The translations under genes were made by a program, and so were the position numbers. From an uncultured Planctomycetaceae bacterium (GTDB lineage: Bacteria; Planctomycetota; Planctomycetia; Pirellulales; PALSA-1355): a stretch of DNA of 64,000 nucleotides. The stretch is from assembly GCA_937952415.1 (NCBI GenBank), contig CALFYT010000003.1, forward strand, positions 39,322 to 103,321, read 5' to 3'. Position 1 is the stretch's first letter; every line of letters begins with the position of its first letter. The notes under the pieces are model-generated. The model was given only the letters and a program-made list of their open reading frames with translations, ran no database searches and was not told where the DNA came from. This document shows, piece after piece, positions 58,980 to 64,000 of the stretch.

Positions 58980-60539
58980 GTGCCGGATATCAACGCACTG
59001 GTCGCACTGATTCTCGTGGCAGCGGCCGTCGTGCTCACGTTCGTGGTTGTCAAGTTCATCGACCGCCTGCGCCGTCGCGACGCCGAAACCGAGGCACGCG
59101 AGATCATCGGTCGGGCCGATCGCGAAAGCGCGAATCGCCGCAAGGAAGCGGAGCTGGAAATCAAGGAAATGACGATCCAGCAACGGGCCGAAGGCGAGCG
59201 CGAACTGGCCGGCCTGCGCCACGAACTGCACGAACGGGAGCGGCTGCTCGACAAACGACAGGACGCGATCGAACAGCAGCATGAGCAATTGCGCCGCCAG
59301 GAAAAAATGGTGGAAACCACGCAACGAAAGCTCGCCGAGCGGATCGAAGACACGAACCGCCGCAACGAAGAACTGGCCAACGTCCTGGACGTGCAACGGC
59401 AAACGTTGCACACGCTCAGTGGCTTGAACCGCGATGAAGCTACCTCGCGGCTGATGGAAATGCTCGAGCGCGAACTCTCGCACGAAGCCGGGTCGCTGAT
59501 CCTCAAGCACGAGAAAAAGATGGCCGAGATCGCCGACGCCAAGTCGCGCGACATCCTGCTGACATGCATCCAGCGTTTCGCCGCACAGCACACCGCCGAA
59601 ACGACGACCAGCACGGTCGACATCCCGAACGACGAGATGAAGGGCCGGATCATCGGGCGCGAGGGACGCAATATTCGCGCCTTCGAGAAAGCGACCGGCG
59701 TCGACGTCATCATCGACGATACGCCGGGCGTGGTAATTGTTAGCGCATTCGACACGGTGCGCCGCGAAATCGCCCGCCTGGCGCTCAACAAGTTGATCGC
59801 CGATGGCCGCATTCACCCAGCTCGAATCGAAGAGCTCGTCGGTGAGACACAAACCGAAATGGAGCAACATATCCAAAAGCGCGGCGAAGAAGCGGCGCAG
59901 GAGGCCGACGTGCCGGGCCTGCACCCCAAGATCGTCCACCTGATGGGCCGGTTGCGGTTTCGCACCAGCTACAGCCAGAACGTGTTGCGGCATTCGATCG
60001 AAGTCGCATTCCTGTCCGGACTGCTGGCCGAAGAAATGGGGCTCGACGGTCAATTGGCCCGCCGCTGCGGGCTGCTGCACGACATTGGCAAGGCGGCGGA
60101 TCACGAGGCCGAAGGCGGGCATCCGAAAATCGGCGCCGAATTGCTCAAACGCTACGGCGAAGGTCCGGAAGTTGTTCATGCGGCACTGGGGCACCACGAC
60201 GACATCCGGATTGACCATCCGTATACTGTGCTGGTCGCCGCGGCAGACGCCTGCAGCGCCTCGCGCCCGGGAGCCCGCCGCGAGACACTCGAGCGATACG
60301 TCAAGCGGATGGAGGAGTTGGAGACGATCGCCACCGGATTCGAGGGCGTGGACCAGGCCTTCGCAATCCAAGCCGGACGGGAGTTGCGCGTGATTGTTAG
60401 TGCCAAGGGCACGACGGACGCTTCGGCCGCGAAGATTTGTCGTGACATTGCCAACGCCTTTGAGCAACAATTGACGTATCCGGGCGAGATCAAAGTGACC
60501 GTGCTGCGCGAAACGCGCGTGACCGAAATCGCGAAGTAG
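58980..60539 (+). CDS. rny: ribonuclease Y
   Basis: N-terminal TM helix ([21 protein letters not shown]), coiled coil, KH domain ([15 protein letters not shown]) and HD domain (LLHDIGKA). GTG 58980 has a GAGGGGGGG SD and gives 519 aa. The frame is open back to GTG 58890. Confidence 0.92.
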   Translation: MPDINALVALILVAAAVVLTFVVVKFIDRLRRRDAETEAREIIGRADRESANRRKEAELEIKEMTIQQRAEGERELAGLRHELHERERLLDKRQDAIEQQHEQLRRQEKMVETTQRKLAERIEDTNRRNEELANVLDVQRQTLHTLSGLNRDEATSRLMEMLERELSHEAGSLILKHEKKMAEIADAKSRDILLTCIQRFAAQHTAETTTSTVDIPNDEMKGRIIGREGRNIRAFEKATGVDVIIDDTPGVVIVSAFDTVRREIARLALNKLIADGRIHPARIEELVGETQTEMEQHIQKRGEEAAQEADVPGLHPKIVHLMGRLRFRTSYSQNVLRHSIEVAFLSGLLAEEMGLDGQLARRCGLLHDIGKAADHEAEGGHPKIGAELLKRYGEGPEVVHAALGHHDDIRIDHPYTVLVAAADACSASRPGARRETLERYVKRMEELETIATGFEGVDQAFAIQAGRELRVIVSAKGTTDASAAKICRDIANAFEQQLTYPGEIKVTVLRETRVTEIAK

Positions 60540-60602
60540 CCCGCCGGCCACGGCGACCCGCCGGCCGACCGACGACAACCTTGCCAGAAAGAGACGTGCG
60601 AC

Positions 60603-61436
60603 GTGCGCCTACTGTTGATCGGTGACATCGTTGGCAAGCCGGGGCGAAAGCTCGTTACGCGCGCCGTGCGCGGACTCGTCGAGTCCGAAGCGATCGACCT
60701 GGTCGTCGCCAACGCAGAGAACTCGGCTGGCGGCTCCGGACTCACTCCTGCGAATTACCAGGAACTCGTCTCCGCCGGTGTCGACTTCATCACGCTGGGC
60801 GATCACATCTATCGCCGGCGTGAAATCGTGAGAGTGCTCGAGTCGCAGCCCAACATCGTCAAGCCGGCCAACTTTCCAAAGAAGGCGCCTGGTCGTGAGT
60901 GGAGCGTTGTGCGCGCTCGAAACGGCGTCGACGTGGCCGTCATCAGTCTGCTGGGGCGCGTGTTCATGCGGCCGGTCGATTGCCCCTGGACGGCGGCCGA
61001 TCGCGTGCTGGCCGAAATACCCCCGGAAGTCAAAGTCATCCTCGTCGATTTCCATGCAGAAGCGACAAGCGACAAACAACTAATGGGCCGATTCCTCGAC
61101 GGTCGCGTGAGCGCTGTTTTGGGCACGCACACGCACGTGCCGACGGCCGACGAGTGCATTCTGCCCGGCGGCACGGCGTTCCAGTGCGACGTGGGGATGA
61201 CCGGCCCGATTGATAGCATTCTGGGACGCCGCACCGACCGCGTGACTGAGTCGACGCTGACGTTCTACCCTACGCACTTCGAAGTTGCACAAGACGACGT
61301 GCGCCTGATGGGCACGCTGGTGGACGTCGACCCCGAAACCGGCAAGGCCACCGCCATCCGACGCTTACGCGTGGACGAACACCAGGTCAACGAACTCGCT
61401 GCCAACAACCAGCTATCACAACGCCCGGTGGTCTAA
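60603..61436 (+). CDS. ymdB: YmdB-family metallophosphoesterase (2',3'-cyclic-nucleotide 2'-phosphodiesterase)
   Basis: MRLLLIGDIVGKPGR, NAENSAGG, TLGDH, DFHAEATSDK and GTHTHV motifs. It lies directly downstream of rny. Confidence 0.88.
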   Translation: MRLLLIGDIVGKPGRKLVTRAVRGLVESEAIDLVVANAENSAGGSGLTPANYQELVSAGVDFITLGDHIYRRREIVRVLESQPNIVKPANFPKKAPGREWSVVRARNGVDVAVISLLGRVFMRPVDCPWTAADRVLAEIPPEVKVILVDFHAEATSDKQLMGRFLDGRVSAVLGTHTHVPTADECILPGGTAFQCDVGMTGPIDSILGRRTDRVTESTLTFYPTHFEVAQDDVRLMGTLVDVDPETGKATAIRRLRVDEHQVNELAANNQLSQRPVV

Positions 61437-61514
61437 ATCGGACGATTCGGGCACGCCGCCCCGATCGTGCCTGCACGGCCGCAACCGCTATTGCACGAGC
61501 CCTGGTAGACCGCT

Positions 61515-61988
61515 ATGCTCCGCGTCCCTTTCGTTGATCACATCGCGAACTCGAATCGAGGAACCCGTCCGGACGTGATCTCGCCTCGCACGCGCATGAT
61601 GGCCGTGCTGGTGGGAGTCGGGCTGTTGGCCACGTTGCTGGTGGCCAGCCAACTGCGACCGGATTCCCGCGGTTTGGGCACGCACCAACAACTCGGTTTG
61701 CCGCCGTGTAGCCTGTGGATCGCCACAGGGATTCGTTGTCCGGCGTGTGGCATGACCACGTCATGGGCTTACGCAACTCGCGGGCAACTGAACGATGCCC
61801 TGCGATCGCACGTCGGCGGAACGTTGTTGGCGGCAGCGACCGCGGTGTGTGCCGTTTCGGCGTTGGGAATTGCCGCCAGCGGACGATGGCCACTGCGGCA
61901 GCCGAGCGAAGCGGTCACGATCGGCCTGGTGGTTGTCGCCTTGGCGATGTTGCTGGGCGAATGGGTGATACGCGTTTGGTTTTCCTGA
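61515..61988 (+). CDS. DUF2752-like membrane protein
   Basis: LPPCSLWIATGIRCPACGMTTS CxxC-containing motif between TM helices. The alternative start ATG 61596 gives about 130 aa. Confidence 0.65.
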   Translation: MLRVPFVDHIANSNRGTRPDVISPRTRMMAVLVGVGLLATLLVASQLRPDSRGLGTHQQLGLPPCSLWIATGIRCPACGMTTSWAYATRGQLNDALRSHVGGTLLAAATAVCAVSALGIAASGRWPLRQPSEAVTIGLVVVALAMLLGEWVIRVWFS

Positions 61989-62093
61989 AATCCGCCGCAC
62001 GACAAACCGTCGAGCGAAATCTTAGGACCATCTGGAAACGGCGCAACGAAGCGCCGCTGGCGCAACGATACAAGGACGTAGCGAGGATTAGCG

Positions 62094-62756
62094 ATGGAAC
62101 GCCTTCGTTCGCAGCCGCTGGCGCTGATGCTGGCCGTCGGCTCAGTCGCACTCGGACTGACCATGGCCAGCGGATGCACGCTCCTGGCCACGGCGATGTA
62201 CATCATCGAGGGTACGAACACCAAAGCGGACTTCAATGGACTGCGCGGCAAGCGCGTGGCCGTGATCTGCCGGCCGGTGACCGCGCTGCACTTTCGAGAC
62301 TCTAGCGCCTCGCGCGATTTGGCCCGACAAGTCGGCGCGCTATTGCAGCAGAACGTGTCGAAGATCTCGCTGGTCGACCAGCGCGACGTGTTCGAGTGGG
62401 CCGATGAGAACAACTGGGACGAGTACGTCGAAATCGGCCAGGCCGTCGAAGCCGACATGGTCGTCGGACTCGATCTCGAGGAATTCAGCCTGTATCAGGG
62501 CCAGACGCTATACCAGGGCAAGGCCAACGTGAAAATCATGGTCTACGACGTTGCCCAAGGAAACGTGCCGGTCTTCGAGCGGCATCTACCTCAAGCGGTC
62601 TATCCGCCGAATGCCGCCATTCCGGCTGGCGAGAAACCGGAACCGCAATTCCGCCGGCAGTTCGTCAACCACCTGGCGCAGCTCATCTCGCGCTACTTCT
62701 ACGATCACGATGCCACGGTCGACTTTGCCAGCGACTCGACGGCATTGTCCAACTAG
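62094..62756 (+). CDS. putative lipoprotein, function unknown
   Basis: GAGGA SD. Signal peptide with lipobox TMASGC. 220 aa. Confidence 0.65.
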   Translation: MERLRSQPLALMLAVGSVALGLTMASGCTLLATAMYIIEGTNTKADFNGLRGKRVAVICRPVTALHFRDSSASRDLARQVGALLQQNVSKISLVDQRDVFEWADENNWDEYVEIGQAVEADMVVGLDLEEFSLYQGQTLYQGKANVKIMVYDVAQGNVPVFERHLPQAVYPPNAAIPAGEKPEPQFRRQFVNHLAQLISRYFYDHDATVDFASDSTALSN

Positions 62757-62786
62757 CGTCGCGTGGCAAACCTGTGTGACGCTCGT

Positions 62787-64000
62787 TCAGAGTTTCGGTG
62801 GTGGGCGTTTCACCGGACGGGGCAGCATCTTGGCCCGATCGTTGCGCGGCGGACGCGGGCGCGGATTCTGGGCGGCTTGTTGACGCTCGCGAACGCCGGT
62901 GTGTACTTCTTTCCACGACCAGCCAAACGGTTGCTTCAATTCCGCTTTGGCCAGTTCCGCCCAGGGCGTGTCGGGATGCTCGCGGGTGACGCGCTCCAGA
63001 TAGGTCCGAGCCTGTTGGGCCATTTTTTCCAGCGCACTACCCACCGAGATGTCGTCCGACGGTGCCAACAGCCAAGTATCGCTGTCGGCCTTTTCGAACT
63101 TCATTCCAGACTTCGCCTTGGCCAACATCGCGTTGTAGCCCTCGGTGCGCACTTTGACGCCCAACACCAACCCCATCGACAGATCGAATCCCGCCTGCCA
63201 CCGGGGCGTTGTCAGCTCTTCACGGTCGGCCACTCCGCGTTCGAGTGCCTCGTGGAGCTTGTTGATCTTGGGTTCCAAGACGGCCGCGTCGCGCTGGGCA
63301 CGTGAAAGCTGATTGGCCAATTCGGCCTCGCTGACTTTCGGAAAGACGCGCCGCGGCTGCTCCATCGGCGTCACCCACGACATTTGTGCAGCCTGTACCA
63401 AGGCGGCCCGAGCCTTGTTCCGCGACAGGGCCCGCTCATAGTCGCGGATCGGCATGTAGTCTGGGCGGTAGTTGATCATGATGTCGGGATCGAAATCGCC
63501 GCCAAGCTGCGCGGCCGCGGCACCGGTCTGGCTGCGTCGTCGCTTGGTGGGCTGCACCGAGAAGTAGATCCCGCCCGTCTCATAGCAAAGTCGTGTCAGG
63601 CTGTAGGGACCAAATCCCGAAGCCAGTGGCTCGTCGGTCTGCGCCGACCCGATCTTGACCAACTCAGGCATGTACGATTCTGGCCCCTGTCGCACGGGCA
63701 ACCACTGCGGAGTTTGGTCGAACTTCGGATCCGGATCGACGTAACGAACAAGCACGTCGCGCCGCCCGAACGGCGCCGGCACGCCGATGCAGTACACGGG
63801 GATTTCATGCCGCACACATCGCGTGACCACGTCGTCCAGCTCCGACTCGTCGTCTCCCACCTCGTCGGTGAACACGATGAAAATCACGTTGCGACGCGGT
63901 TGCTGGGTACGGAACGTGCGATATCGTTCCAGGGCGCTGCTGATCGCCGTGAAGGTGCGCTCGACGCCGCTGTTGTCGGTCTTGATGCTGGCCACCGCTG
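62787..64000 (-). CDS. von Willebrand factor type A (vWA) domain protein, N-terminus outside the window
   Basis: The frame is open to the right edge. The vWA beta-strand/acidic pattern VIFIVFTDEVGDDESE is followed by a long C-terminal region. Confidence 0.7.
   Translation of the reverse strand, partial: AVASIKTDNSGVERTFTAISSALERYRTFRTQQPRRNVIFIVFTDEVGDDESELDDVVTRCVRHEIPVYCIGVPAPFGRRDVLVRYVDPDPKFDQTPQWLPVRQGPESYMPELVKIGSAQTDEPLASGFGPYSLTRLCYETGGIYFSVQPTKRRRSQTGAAAAQLGGDFDPDIMINYRPDYMPIRDYERALSRNKARAALVQAAQMSWVTPMEQPRRVFPKVSEAELANQLSRAQRDAAVLEPKINKLHEALERGVADREELTTPRWQAGFDLSMGLVLGVKVRTEGYNAMLAKAKSGMKFEKADSDTWLLAPSDDISVGSALEKMAQQARTYLERVTREHPDTPWAELAKAELKQPFGWSWKEVHTGVRERQQAAQNPRPRPPRNDRAKMLPRPVKRPPPKL

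Noticed and set aside
58724-60578. Long minus-strand ORFs (362 and 551 aa) antisense to rny. Similar cases are 2620-4098 (antisense to trpE and the OSBS-like gene), 11028-12413, 25267-26499, 26363-27688 and 48639-49967.
   Set aside because: These are typical shadow ORFs of GC-rich DNA. Their products are Arg/Ala/Gly/Pro-rich without motifs, and the opposite strand encodes unmistakable conserved proteins.

Overview
This is a high-GC bacterial chromosomal segment. Its gene content and protein motifs look typical of Planctomycetota (Pirellulales-like): YHxWLGIPPxEQPP J-like proteins, DUF1570, TAT-signal Gfo/Idh/MocA oxidoreductases and many lipobox or secreted hypotheticals.

I support about 57 protein-coding genes on both strands, almost all core housekeeping:
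- mcsA-mcsB, trpE, eno, surE, guaA, ettA, a YeiP/EfpL-type EF-P paralog, proC, lspA, guaB
- an NAD(P)HX epimerase, a diadenylate-cyclase-domain protein, dnaA, nadK
- the xseA-xseB-ispA-dxs operon, dapF, an AsmA-like giant protein, a GT-C glycosyltransferase, tilS, rny-ymdB

I found no rRNA, tRNA, CRISPR array, transposase, integrase or recognisable defence or toxin system. To my eye this is an ordinary core region, not an accessory island.

The features most worth a second look are:
1. An OSBS/NSAR-family enolase-superfamily protein that keeps its metal ligands but has lost both catalytic lysines.
2. An 879-nt ORF-poor region between tilS and rny with long-range complementarity, which could be a structured RNA or a long leader.
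3. The YeiP/EfpL-type factor downstream of two small uncharacterised genes.
4. A Lys/Ala-rich H1/Hc1-like mini-protein.
5. A DAC domain carrying RHW instead of RHR.
6. The low-GC region upstream of dnaA.

All calls come from reading the sequence and ORF track by hand. Start codons are best guesses, and family names rest on remembered motifs, not searches.
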